Positions 1 to 10,629 of a stretch of 59,645 nt of DNA are shown here, in pieces. The DNA comes from Malacoraja senta (taxonomy: Eukaryota). The notes under the pieces were generated by a model. The model was not told the origin of the DNA. It was given only the letters and a program-made list of their open reading frames with translations, and did no database searches. The first letter of the stretch is position 1. Each line of letters starts with the position of its first letter. The stretch lies in assembly GCA_038087875.1 (NCBI GenBank), contig JAXLNO010001895.1, forward strand, positions 62,001 to 121,645. Direction: 5' to 3'. The position numbers and the translations under genes are program-made.

Positions 1-489
1 CAGTCATCAATATTCTCACTAGAATGGGCCATAAAAAGTACTTCCTGTGGAAAAAGTTCAGTAACTTGGGGGGAAAAAAGATTTAAACTAATTGGTCAAC
101 TAAATTGTAAAAGACAATGTGAAAAGAATACAAATGTGATCTATGAACTAGTTCAAAGAGCTGCCTTGCCTCAGGCACCATCCACTGAATGCTGCCGAGT
201 GGTGTATTTGTGGAATACTTTGTAGGATTGCATGGAATAAAAATATACATCAATCATAATTAATTTAAATGGCACAGAGGATGCCAGGTTTTATTTACAC
301 TCTATTTGGAGACACAGAACAATGCTGCACAAGGCAGGATGTACAGGAAGGAACTGCTGATGCTGGTTAAAACTCTCCAGTGAGTCCCTCAGCACGTACT
401 CCTGCAGTCTGGAATGGACAGACAATGGTTTGGGTCAGACACTTCTTCAGACTGATTGTAATAGAAAGCTGAAAAAGAGATGTGGGGCT

Positions 490-930
490 GGGACAAAGCC
501 TGGCAAGTGATACAGGTGATAAGACACAAAAAGCTGGAGTAACTCAGCGGGACAGGCAGGATCTCTGGAGAGAAGGAAAGGGTGATGTTTCGGGTCGAGA
601 CCCTTCTTCAGACCCTTTGTCACCTTTTCACCTCTAGCCATTGCCACTTACTCCACCCGTCTATTTATCAAAATCTGTTCTCTAGTCGCACCAGCTTCTC
701 GTTTTCACCCAACAAATAGCTTACAATGGCCTGTTTCCTTTATCATCGTTACTTTTTTGCATATCTTTCATTCATTGTTCTTTATCTCTCTACATCATTG
801 TCTATATCTCTTGTTTCCCTGATCTCTAACTAGTCTGAAGAAGAATCTCGACCTGAAAAGTCACCCATTCCTTCTCTCCAGAGATGCTGCCTGTCCCACT
901 GAGTTACTCCAGCATTTTATGTCTTATCAC
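490..930. mobile_element. Penelope-like terminal repeat pair: minus copy (~490-612) back to back with a plus-strand 3' UTR/terminal repeat (~620-930)
   Basis: Same repeat as the tail of the GIY-YIG-coding fragment at 21825-22625. Hammerhead-like core on minus at 584-611. Confidence 0.7.
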
Positions 931-1413
931 CTGGACACTGAGAATGGCAGAAAAGTTTTTTGCCCTGTTCTTGTTTTGTATATATTTCATTATTCTGAAT
1001 AATGTTTATTTTTGGATGGGATAAAATCCCTCCAAATATTACCTGACCTGCTGAGTCTCTGCAGCCCTTTGTGTTTTGCAGTGAATAGTATATATGATGT
1101 GGATATGAATATTGGTGGTTTGATTAGTAGGTTTGCAGATGACATGTACATTGAAGAAGGTTGTCTATGGATCCAGTGGGATACAGATTAGCTAGAGAGC
1201 TGGATGGAGCAATAACAGAAGGAATGTAATCCAGACATGTGTGAAGTTGTGCGTGTCGGCATGTCATGTTCTGGTAGGACATAAACGGTAAGAACCTGAG
1301 CGGTGTTAATATACAGCGAGTCCTTGGGTTGCAAGTTCATAGTTACCTGAAAACGCCGACAAGGGTAGACAGGAAAGCAAAAAATGCACTTTGGCATGTT
1401 TGTCCACTTAGAC

Positions 1414-1995
1414 ATAGAAACATATAAAATTGGTGCAGGAGTAGGCCATTTGGCCCTTCAAGCCAGCACCACCATTCAATATGGTCATGGCTGATCAACC
1501 AGAATCAGTACCCTGTTCCTGCTTTCTCCCCATATCCCTTGATTCCGTTAACCCTAAGAGCTAACTCTCTCTTGAATACATTCAGTGAATTGGTCTCCGC
1601 TGCCTTCTGTGGCAGAGAATTCCACAGATTCACAACACTCTGGGTGAAAAGGTTTTTCCCCATCTCAATCCTAAATGGCCTACCCCTTATTCGTAAACTG
1701 TGACCCCTGGTTCTGGACTCCCCCAACATTGAGAATATTTTTCCTGCATCTAGTCTGTCAAATCCCTTATTAGTTTTCTGTTTCTATCTGATCCCCTCTC
1801 ATCCTTCTGAATTCCAGTGAATATAAGCCCAGTCGATTCATTCTTGTATCATATGTCAGTCCTGCCATCCCGGGAATTAACCTGTTGAACTTTACTGCAC
1901 TCCTTCAATAGCAAGAATGTCCTTCTTCAAACTAGGTGACCAAGACTGCACAAAATACTCCAGGTGCAGTCTCACCAAGGCCCTGTATAACTGAA
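1414..1995 (-). mobile_element. CR1-type LINE 3' end
   Basis: ORF 1505-1729 SRTRGHSLRIRG...FTQSVVNLWNSLP; CR1 3' UTR; possible TSD tagac (1409-1413/1996-2000). Confidence 0.85.
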
Positions 1996-2316
1996 TAGAC
2001 TCTGGCATCAAGTATAAGAGTTGAGAAATCAAACAAAACATTGGTTAGGCTGCACATGGAGTATTGTGTAGAGTTCTGGTCGCTCCTCTACTAACATTAC
2101 TGTGCGGGGATCACTGGTCGGCGTGGGCCGAAGGGCCTGTTTCTGCAATGTATCTCTAAACTAAAAAGGATGTGATGGCATCAAAAGTAGTGCAGAAGGG
2201 TTTTGCGAGGTTGTTGCCTGGAATAGAGGTCTGGTGTTATGTGAAGAGATTGGATAGGCTGCATTTATTCTCACTAGAATGCAGGAGTGAAATAATGAGG
2301 GCTATAGATAGTGTCA

Positions 2317-2750
2317 GAAGGAACTGCAGATGCTGGTTTAAACAGAAGAAAGACACAAAAAGCTGGAGTAACTCAGTGAGACAGGAAGCATCACTGGAGA
2401 GAAGGAATATGTGATATTTTGGGTTGAGTCCCTTCTTCAGGAAGGATCTACAGATGCTGGTTTACACCGAAGACAGATGTAAAATGCTGGAGTAACTCAG
2501 TGGGACAGGCAGCATCACTGGAGAGAAGGAATGGGTGACATTTCGGGTCGACATCCTTCTTCAGGAAGGATTAACAGATGTTGGTTTACACCGAAGACAG
2601 ACATAAAATGCTGGAGTAACTCAGCAGGACAGGCAGCATCTTTGGAGGGAAGGAATGAGTGACGTTTCTAAACATCATCCATTCCTTCTCTCCAGAAATA
2701 CTGCCTGCCCTGCTGAGTTACTCCAGCATTTTGTGTCTATCTTTGGGGTA
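2317..2750. repeat. Tandem array of 124-nt Penelope terminal-repeat units (2317-2440, 2441-2564, partial 2565-2668) plus an inverted copy (~2671-2750)
   Basis: Units start gaagga and end ttcttcag; period 124 nt read directly. Confidence 0.85.
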
Positions 2751-3192
2751 TAGATAGGATAGAGAGTAACTGTCTCTTTTCCAGGGCAGTGGAGACTAGA
2801 ACTGGAGGTTTAAGGTGATGGGAGAGAAATGTCAAGGGGATCTGAGCAGACGTTTCTCACTGCAGTAGTTATCTGGAATGAGCTGCAGGGGAGATGGTAG
2901 AGGCAGATATAATCACAATGTCTATAAAGCATTTGGACTTTTGGTAGGAAAGTCAGGGAGGGATATGTGCGTAATTCATGTAATTGTAGATAAACATCTC
3001 GGTCAGCATAAACAAGTTTGGGCAAATGGGCCTGTTTATATGCTGCAGGATTCAGTTTATTTTAAGATTCTTTCTGTGGTTTTCATGTTGCTATCTCTAT
3101 TAGCCAGAATAAGCACTGAAAATGGCTCAAGCAGTCTACACCAGAGAGAACACTGCGTGAACCAAAGAAAGTGAGATATGTAAAATAGGTTC

Positions 3193-3513
3193 TTTAGTTT
3201 TTTAATTTAGATACACAGCGCGGAAACAGGCCTTTCGGCCCACCAAGTCTGCACCGACCAGCGACTAACCCGCACACCAACACTATCCTATGCACACGAG
3301 GGACAATTTGACACATGCATCAATCCAATTAACCTACATTCCTGCACGTCTTTGGAGTGTGGGAGGAAATCGAAGATCTCAGCGAAAATCCACGCAGGTC
3401 ACGGGGATAACGTACTAACTCCGTACAGACAGCACCCATAGTCAGGATTGAAACCGGGTCTCTGGCACTGCAAACACTGTAAGGCAGCAACTCTACCACT
3501 GTGCCACTGTGCC
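3193..3513 (-). mobile_element. tRNA-derived V-SINE (HE1-like)
   Basis: tRNA-like head, central V-domain (..ggtttcctcccacactccaaagacg), CR1-like tail and (ctaaa)n. Confidence 0.85.
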
Positions 3514-3597
3514 GCCCTTATTGGTAACTTTGTGTGATCTTATTTTGTTAGGATGCAAATTCTATGGGAACGCTTTCTCAAAGAGATAGATAATGAT

Positions 3598-3890
3598 GTA
3601 GAAACAATGAACTGCAGATGCTTGTTTGTACCAAAGAGAGTCACAAAGTGCTGGAGTAACTCAACGGGTCAGATGTGTTCTACAGCATCTCTGTAGATAA
3701 AGGATGGGTGATGCTGGGTGAAGCTTCAGGTTGGGATCCTTCTTCAGACTGATGTATCGGGTTGGGACCCTTCTTCAGACTAACCCTGCTTGAGACTGAA
3801 GTAGGGTCCCGACACGAAGTGTCATCCAGCCTTTTTCTCCAGAGATGCTGCCAGTCTCGCTGAGTTACTTTAGCACTCTGTGTCTAAGGT
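3598..3890. mobile_element. Head-to-head Penelope terminal repeats (imperfect palindrome)
   Basis: Minus copy tgctggagtaactca...ccttcttcagac followed by plus copy ctgaag...gagttactttagcac. Confidence 0.7.
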
Positions 3891-4237
3891 TGATAATGAG
3901 TTGTTCAATCCTGATTTTTTTGTGATGTTAATTTCTGCATGTTCACAGGGCAGACTGTGAGAGTAAACAGTTGAAAAACTAGTCTAGCAGGAAATGTGTG
4001 GTATTTGAGTAAGTGTGAATGTGGGGCCTCTCCAGTGAGACGATAGGGGAACTCCCTGACAAAGGGAGATGTGGTGAACAAGTCACCAGGAGGTCATATC
4101 AAAGCAGAAGTTAAATGTTACATTGATATTTTTAGAGTCTGCTCTTGATGTACTGGCATGATGCAATCCGATTTGGACAACTTACTGTATATTGCAGCTC
4201 AAAATGATATAGAGATATAGCATTGGAACAGTGTTTA

Positions 4238-4363
4238 AGAAGGAACTGCAGATGCTGGAAAATCAAAGGTACACAAAAATACTGGAGAAACTCAGCGGGT
4301 GCAGCAGCATCTATGGAGCGAAGGAAATAGGCAAAGTTTCGGGCCGAAACCCTTCTTCAGACT
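4238..4363 (-). mobile_element. Short Penelope terminal-repeat element, subfamily B (gggtttcggccc stem)
   Basis: Near-identical to 10102-10199; hammerhead-like core at 4333-4360. Confidence 0.75.
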
Positions 4364-4371
4364 TCAGTCAC

Positions 4372-4663
4372 GGCACGGTGGGGCAGCGGTAGAGTTGCTG
4401 CCTTAAAGTGTCAGAGCCCCGGGTCCGATCCTGACTATGGCTGCTGTCTGTACGGAGTTTGTACATTCTCCCCATGACCAGTGGGTTTTCGCCAAGATCT
4501 TCGGTTTCCTCCCACACTCCAAAGACGTACAGGTTTGTAGGTTAATAGGCTTGATATAAATGTAAATTGTCCTTCGTGTGTAGGATAGTGTTAATGTGCG
4601 GGGATCTGTGCCGACTCGTGCTGAAGGGCCTGTTTCCACACTGTATCTCTAAACTAAACTAAA
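4372..4663 (+). mobile_element. tRNA-derived V-SINE (HE1-like), near full length
   Basis: A-box-like tggggcagcgg, B-box-like ggtccgatcc, V-domain, tail gggcctgtttcc...ctctaaactaaactaaa. Further copies at ~5380-5550, 6181-6400, 8030-8260, 14145-14345, 26251-26537(-), 28780-29095(-), 33710-34020(-), 34090-34385(-), 35300-35590, 43845-44080, 44105-44350(-), 57770-57935(-). Confidence 0.85.
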
Positions 4664-5039
4664 ATAATCTAAGTAAGCTTGACATCTAGAATAATGTACA
4701 GCATAGAAACAGGCCCTTCAGCCCAGCTTATCTATGCCAGCCAAGATGCCCCATCTACCCTTGACCCACCTATCTATATTTTAGCTTAGTTTAATTTATT
4801 ATTAATGTCACGTGTACTGTTTTGCAGTGAAAATGTTTCTTGTGTGCTATCCAGTCAGTGAAAAGACTACATTACAATGAAGCCGTCATTGTAATGTTAT
4901 CTATAGATACAGGGTAAATGATATCATGTTTAGTGCAATGTAAATCCGATTGGTGCTTTGCCGATTTCCCTCCAAACCTTTCCTATCCATAGAAATGTCT
5001 ATTACTTGACAATAATTGTATTATTGTCTTTGTGTCTAG

Positions 5040-5300
5040 AGCCTCACACACTGATCTACTACTACACCCTGAACCACGGGAGTACTCATCTACCAGAATA
5101 TAGTGTTGTGGGTGTTCTGGACGGTTGTGAGATACAGTATTATGACAAAAACATGGTCATTACAGTTCCAAGACAGAAATGGATGGCGGCTGCATTTGAC
5201 AGGAATTACTGGGTAACAAATACGGTCTCTGAAACTGGTTTCCATGGAATCATCAAAGGGCAAGTCGATGAATGGATGCAGAGGCAGAACGAAACAGCAA
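5040..5300 (+). CDS. MHC class I alpha1 exon (87 codons): EPHTLIYYYTLNHGSTHLPEYSVVGVLDGCEIQYYDKNMVITVPRQKWMAAAFDRNYWVTNTVSETGFHGIIKGQVDEWMQRQNETA
   Basis: Acceptor tgtgtctag|A and donor A|gttagt; 261 nt. Class I alpha1 motifs H-T-L-x-Y-x-Y-T, P-E-(F/Y)-x-x-V-G-x-x-D-G, YD, PR-x-x-WM, YW, and an N86-equivalent glycosylation site (NET). Confidence 0.93.
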
Positions 5301-7074
5301 GTTAGTTCATTCATTTCAATACAATTGGAGTGTGATCAATGTTCATAAAAAAACATCTCAAAGAAATTTCTCGCTGTGCCAGAGACCCAGGTTTGATCCC
5401 GACTACATGTTCTCCCTGTGAACACAGATATTTCCTCCAGGTGCTCCGGTTTCATCCCATATCTTGAAAACGTGAGAGTTTGTAGGTTAATTGGGCTCTG
5501 TAAATTACTCTTGTGTGCTGAGAATGGGTGAGGAAAGTGGGATTACATAGATGTGTAGGAAGGAACTGAAGATGCTGGTTTACAGCAAAGATAGGCACAA
5601 TGTGCTGGAGTAACTCAGCGGGACAGGCAGCATCTTTGGATACAAGGAATGGATGACTTTTCAGGTCAAGACCCTTCCTCAGACAGAGTGTTTCCCCTGA
5701 CTTACTCCAGCATTTTGTGTCCATTTTGGGATAACATAGAACTAGTGTGAAAGATGATCGATGGTTGGCATGGAATTGGTGGGCAGAATGGCCCGTTTCC
5801 ATGCTGAGTTACTAACCTAAGAACTGCAGATGCTGCAAATGTGAAATAAAAACCAAAAATGCCATTGTCTGATGGCTTCATTGTCAGTTTATCACCATGG
5901 AAACCTGTCATTACCGTATTAGTGATACCCGCTATGTCCAACCATGCCTCCCACTCCTGTCTGTAACTTACACATTCTCACAATTCTGAAGCATTAATTT
6001 TGTTTCTCTTTCCATAGGTTCTGTTGAACCTGCTGTGTGTTCCAGCATTTTACAAATCATTAAAATGTTGGTGGCTTTTTGAATGGTTAAAATCCCTTGC
6101 GTACCTCACCAATTGTTTTTACTTTTATTGACAAATTTTGAATGAAATGTTGTGTGAAATATTTAAAGGATAACCTAAATGGCATTGTGGTTCAGCCGTA
6201 GTGTTGCTGCCGTAGTGCCAGAGACCCAGGGTTGATCCTGGCCTCAGGTGCTGTCTGTACATAGTTTGTACGTACTCCCCGTGACCTGCGTGGGATTTCC
6301 CCGGATGCTCCAGTTTCCTCCCACACTCCAAGCCTGTATGCCAAAGGGGATCACTGGTCACTGTGGACTCTAAGGGCTGTTTTCGTGCTATATCTCTAAA
6401 TTATCTTGGGCACCAATTGTAAAGTAAGCTGTCCAAATCCATCTGCACCACACTTGTATATCCATATAAGTTGCAATTGGACATGTTTTATATTGTAAAT
6501 CAATAAGTCCTATCACCATTACTGTGTTAATTCAATGACATTCGTAGTGTACCATTGAACAAAGCAGGACCAGGCGTGGGGGAACCATGGTGAGGTGGGG
6601 GACAAAGGAGGACCTGGTGTGGGAGACTTTATAACTTTGTCGGTGCCCTTTATGTGAAGAATCTTGACATACGTTGGGTTTACAAAACAAAGACTTTCAC
6701 TGTGACTTGTCACATGTCACAATAAAGTATCATTCATTCATGATTAATTATTGCTGAAAACATTGCTTTTTGTTACCTCTTCGGTTACACATTAAACACA
6801 TTATATTATTAATCTTTAACTGGACTAAAACAGGGTGAGGGTACAAACAGGGAACAATACATCAAAATATTATGCACTGGGCATAATTTCTATCAATTTT
6901 CCACATCTTGCAATATTTATTATTATTTTCAAATTATATGTGAATACATGTGAATGACATTTATTAGATTATCATCTGATTCATTGAACCATGTTTATTG
7001 AATCATATTGCCTTCAAAAATAATTTTTATATTTGCATTATTTATGGTGCGCTTATTATCTGCAACATTGTTAT

Positions 7075-7420
7075 GTTTATGAGATTTATGAGCATATTGT
7101 CGGGGCTCAAGGGTGGGAACAAGAGGGAGAGATTGGGCAAGCCAGGGCTTTATTCCATGGAGCACAGGAGGCTGAGGGGTGATCATATAGGGGTGCTTAA
7201 AATCATGAGGGGAATTGATAGATGTATGCCCAGAGCCTTTTACCCAGAGAAGGAGAATAAAATAACCAGAGGACATGGGTTTAATGTGAGAGGGGGAAGA
7301 TTTAATTGGAACTTGGGACAATCTTTGTGCTCAGAGAGTGGTCAGCATATGGAATGACCTGCCAGAGAATGGAGTTGCGGCAGGTACAATAACAATATTT
7401 AATAGACACATGGACAGGGA
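7075..7420 (+). mobile_element. CR1-type LINE 3' fragment, degenerate
   Basis: RERLGKPGLYSME.RRLRGD.I.V.KIMRGID..TRGHGF.VRG in ORF 6998-7357. Confidence 0.8.
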
Positions 7421-7429
7421 CATGCATAG

Positions 7430-7895
7430 GTAGATATAAATGCTGGAGAAACTCAGCGGGTGAGGCAGCATCTCTGGAGCGAAGGAAATAGGCAACGTTT
7501 AGGGCCGAAAACCCTTCTTCAGACTGATGTGAGGGTGGGGGGAATGGGGGGGGGCAGGAAGAAGAAAGGAAGAGGTGGAGTCAGTGGGCTGAGGGAGAGC
7601 TGAGAAGGGGAGGAGAAAGTAGGGACTACCTGAAATTAGAGGTCAATGTTCATACCGCTGGGGTGTAAACTGCCCAAGCGAAATATGAGGTGCTGCTCCT
7701 CCAATTTACGGCGGTCCTCACTCTGGCCATGGAGGAGGCCGAGGGTAGAAAGGTCGGATTTGGAATGGGAGGGGGGAGTTGAAGTGCTGATCCACAGGGA
7801 GATGAGGTTGGTTGTTGCGAACCGAGCGGAGGCGTTTGGCGAAACGATCGCCAAGCCTGCGCTTGGTCTCACCGATGTAGAGCAGCTGACATCTA
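7430..7895 (-). mobile_element. Penelope-like element 3' fragment (GIY-YIG C-terminus plus terminal repeat)
   Basis: ORF 7636-7872 ..PSHSKSDLSTLGLLH..RKLEEQHLIFRLGSLHPSGMNID, homologous to 22004-22393. Confidence 0.85.
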
Positions 7896-10101
7896 GAGAG
7901 AAACGTTTTGAATGATGTCTACCGATTCCAGGGTAAATGGGACTAGCTTAAATGGGGTATCTTGATTAGCATGGACAAGTTGGGCCAAAGGGCTTGTTTC
8001 CCTGCTGTGTGACTCTCTATGACTGCTTTATAGCAAAGAGCGCTGCTGCCTCACAGCGCCAGTGATCCGGGTTCAATCATCTCCAGTGCAGTCTGTGTGG
8101 AGTATAAGCATTCTCCCTGTGACAATGTTTGTTCTCCAGTTTCCTCCCACATACCAAAATGTGCTGAATTAGTAGATTAAGCCACCGCTGCAAATAGAGG
8201 TGGATTTGTGGCATTGATAGAAATGAGGAAGATCCGTTTTGGGGCAAATTAGTGTTGGAATAATTTTGTTCTCTGGGTAAAAGGCTCTGGGCATACACTC
8301 TATCAATTCCCCTCATGATTTTAAGCACCCCTATATGATCACCCCTCAGCCTCCTGAGTGGGCTCAGGAGGCTGAAAGACCTCTTTCTCTGTCACATGGA
8401 ATTATGGGCAGTTATTTATCCTTGAATTGCCTTCTTTCTCATTTTAGTCAACAATGTAAAATTGAACTAATTGTCTGGATTGAACTATTTAACAATTGTA
8501 GATGAAAGGAAGAGCAGAGGCTGCTTTCCTCCAGACACAAAGTGCTGAGGAACTCAACGGGTCAAGCGGCATCTTTGGAGAACATGGGAAGGCAGATATT
8601 TCGGGTGAGGATCCTACTTCAGACTGAAGTTGGGTCACATTAGAACATGCTTTGTACTCACACTCGCAGTCCAGTGTTAGTTTTCAAGGATTTTTTGTTA
8701 TTCACAGCTTGTAGTTGTTACATATTCAGCAGAGAGAAGACGAGACAAACTAAAGCACCTGCAAAACTCAACTAAAAGACCGCAGAAAGAAGCTTGAAAA
8801 GAAGGCTCTTATCTAAACAACGTACTTTCAAGAGAGAGTTAGATTTAGCTCTTAAGGCTAAAGGAATCAAGGGATATGGGGGAAAAGATTAGTTAAAACA
8901 AATGTAGGTCCCTTGCAGTCAGAAACAGGTGAATTGATCATGGAGAACAAGGACATGGCAGACCAATTGAATAACTACTTTGGTTCTGTCTTCACTAAGG
9001 AAGACTTAATTAACTGCCGGAAATAGCAGGGGACCGGGGGTCAAATGAGATGGAGGAACTGAGTGAAATCCAGGTAGCCGGGAAGTGGTGTTAGGTAAAT
9101 TGAATGGATTAAAGGCCGATAAATCCCCAGGGCCAGATAGGCTGCATCCCAGAGTACTTAAGGAAGTAGCCCCAGAAATAGTGGATGCATTAGTGATAAT
9201 TTTTCAAAACTCTTTAGATTCTGGAGTAGTTCCTGAGGATTGGAGGGTAGCTAATGTAACCCCGCTTTTTAAAAAGGGAGGGAGAGAGAAAACGGGGATT
9301 ACAGGCCAGTTAGTCTAACATCGGTAGTGGGGAAACTGCTAGAGTCAGTTATTAAAGATGGGATAGCAGCACATTAGGAAAATGGTGAAATCATTGGACA
9401 AAGTCAGCATGGATTTATGAAAGGTAAATCATGTCTGACGAATCTTATAGAATTTTTCGAGGATGTAACTAGTAGAGGGAGAACCAGTGGATGTGTTATA
9501 TCTGGACTTTCAGAAGACTTTCGACAAGGTCCCACATTAGAGATTAATATACAAACTTAAAGCACACGGTTATGGGGGTTCAGTATTGATGTGGATAGAG
9601 AACTGGCTGGCAGACAGGAAGCAAAGAGTAGGAGTAAACGCGTCCTTTTCAGAATGGCAGTCAGTGACTAGTGGGGCACCGCAAGGCTGAGTGCTGGGAC
9701 CCCAGCTATTTACAATATATATTAATGATTTGGACGAGGGAATCGAATGCAACATCTCCAAGTTTGCGGATGACACGAAGCTGGGGGGCAGTGTTAGCTG
9801 TGAGGAGGGTGCTAGGAGGCTGCAAGGTGACTTGGATAGGCTGGGTGAGTGGGCAAATGCAAGGCAGGTGCAGTATAATGTTGATAAATGTGTCCACTTT
9901 GGTGGCAAAAACAGGAAAGTAGACTATTACCTGAATGGTGGCCGATTAGGAAAAGGGGAGATGCAACGAGACCTGGGTGTCATGGTACACCAGTCATTGA
10001 AAGTAGGCATGCAGGTTCAGCAGGCAGTGAAGAAAGCGAATGGTATGTTAGCATTCATAGCAAAAGGATTTGAGTATAGGAGCAGGGAGGTTCTACTGCA
10101 G

Positions 10102-10199
10102 GTACACAAAATTGCTGGAGAAACTCAGCGGGTGCAGCAGCATCTATGGAGCGAAGGAAATAGGCAACGTTTCAGGCCGAAACCCTTCTTCAGACTGCA
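10102..10199 (-). mobile_element. 98-nt stand-alone Penelope terminal-repeat insertion with 12-bp TSD
   Basis: gttctactgcag at 10090-10101 and 10200-10211; interrupts the CR1 RT reading frame. Confidence 0.85.
10166..10193 (-). ncRNA. Minimal hammerhead ribozyme-like motif: CUGAAGA-A-GGGU(UUCG)GCCU-GAAA-CG-UU
   Basis: Core boxes CUGANGA and GAAA flank a short hairpin, followed by palindromic ACGU helix III and a GUU triplet. Activity not shown; helix I pairing not resolved by eye. Confidence 0.6.
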
Positions 10200-10629
10200 G
10201 TTCTACTGCAGTTGTTCAGGGTCTTGGTGAGACCACACCTGGAGTATTGTCTACAGTTTTGGTCTCCTAATCTGAGGAAGGACATTCTTGCCATAGAGGG
10301 AGTACAGAGAAGGTTCACCAGACTGGTTCCTGGGATGTCAGGACTTTCATATGAAGAAAGACTGGATAGACTCGGCTTGTACTCGCTAGAATTTAGAAGA
10401 TTGAGGGGGGATCTTATAGAAACTTACAAAATTCTTAAGGGGTTGGACAGGCTAGATGCAGGAAGATTGTTCCCGATGTTGGGGAAGTCCAGAACAAGGG
10501 GTCACAGTTTAAGGATAAAGGGGAAATCTTTTAGGACTGAGATGAGAAAAACATTTTTTACACAGAGAGTGGTGAATCTCTGGAATTCTCTGCCACAGAA
10601 TGTAGTTGAGGCCAGTTCATTGGCTATAT

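Larger units (their letters stand above)
1090..3050 (+). mobile_element. Old, degenerate CR1-type LINE RT/3' fragment split by nested insertions
   Basis: Remnants of I.KFADD (tttgcagatgac), RPHLEYCVQFW and YSLE..R.RG motifs at ~1130, ~2050-2080 and ~2260-2310, and a 3' tail at ~2760-3050. Boundaries approximate. Confidence 0.7.

Noticed and set aside
945-1025. MAEKFFALFLFCIYFII... as signal peptide
   Set aside because: In-frame stop with no phase-1 donor; AT-rich repeat-tail-like sequence.
3085-3172. MLLSLLARIS... followed by gtgag as leader exon
   Set aside because: Donor is phase 2, incompatible with alpha1; hydrophobic core too short.
3949-4009. AG...gtaagt bounded segment as an upstream exon
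   Set aside because: The phase-1 frame contains a stop and has no ATG; could only be a non-coding or cryptic exon.
4372-4445. tRNA-like sequences (many copies)
   Set aside because: They are SINE heads continuous with the V-domain and LINE-like tail, not stand-alone cloverleaf genes.
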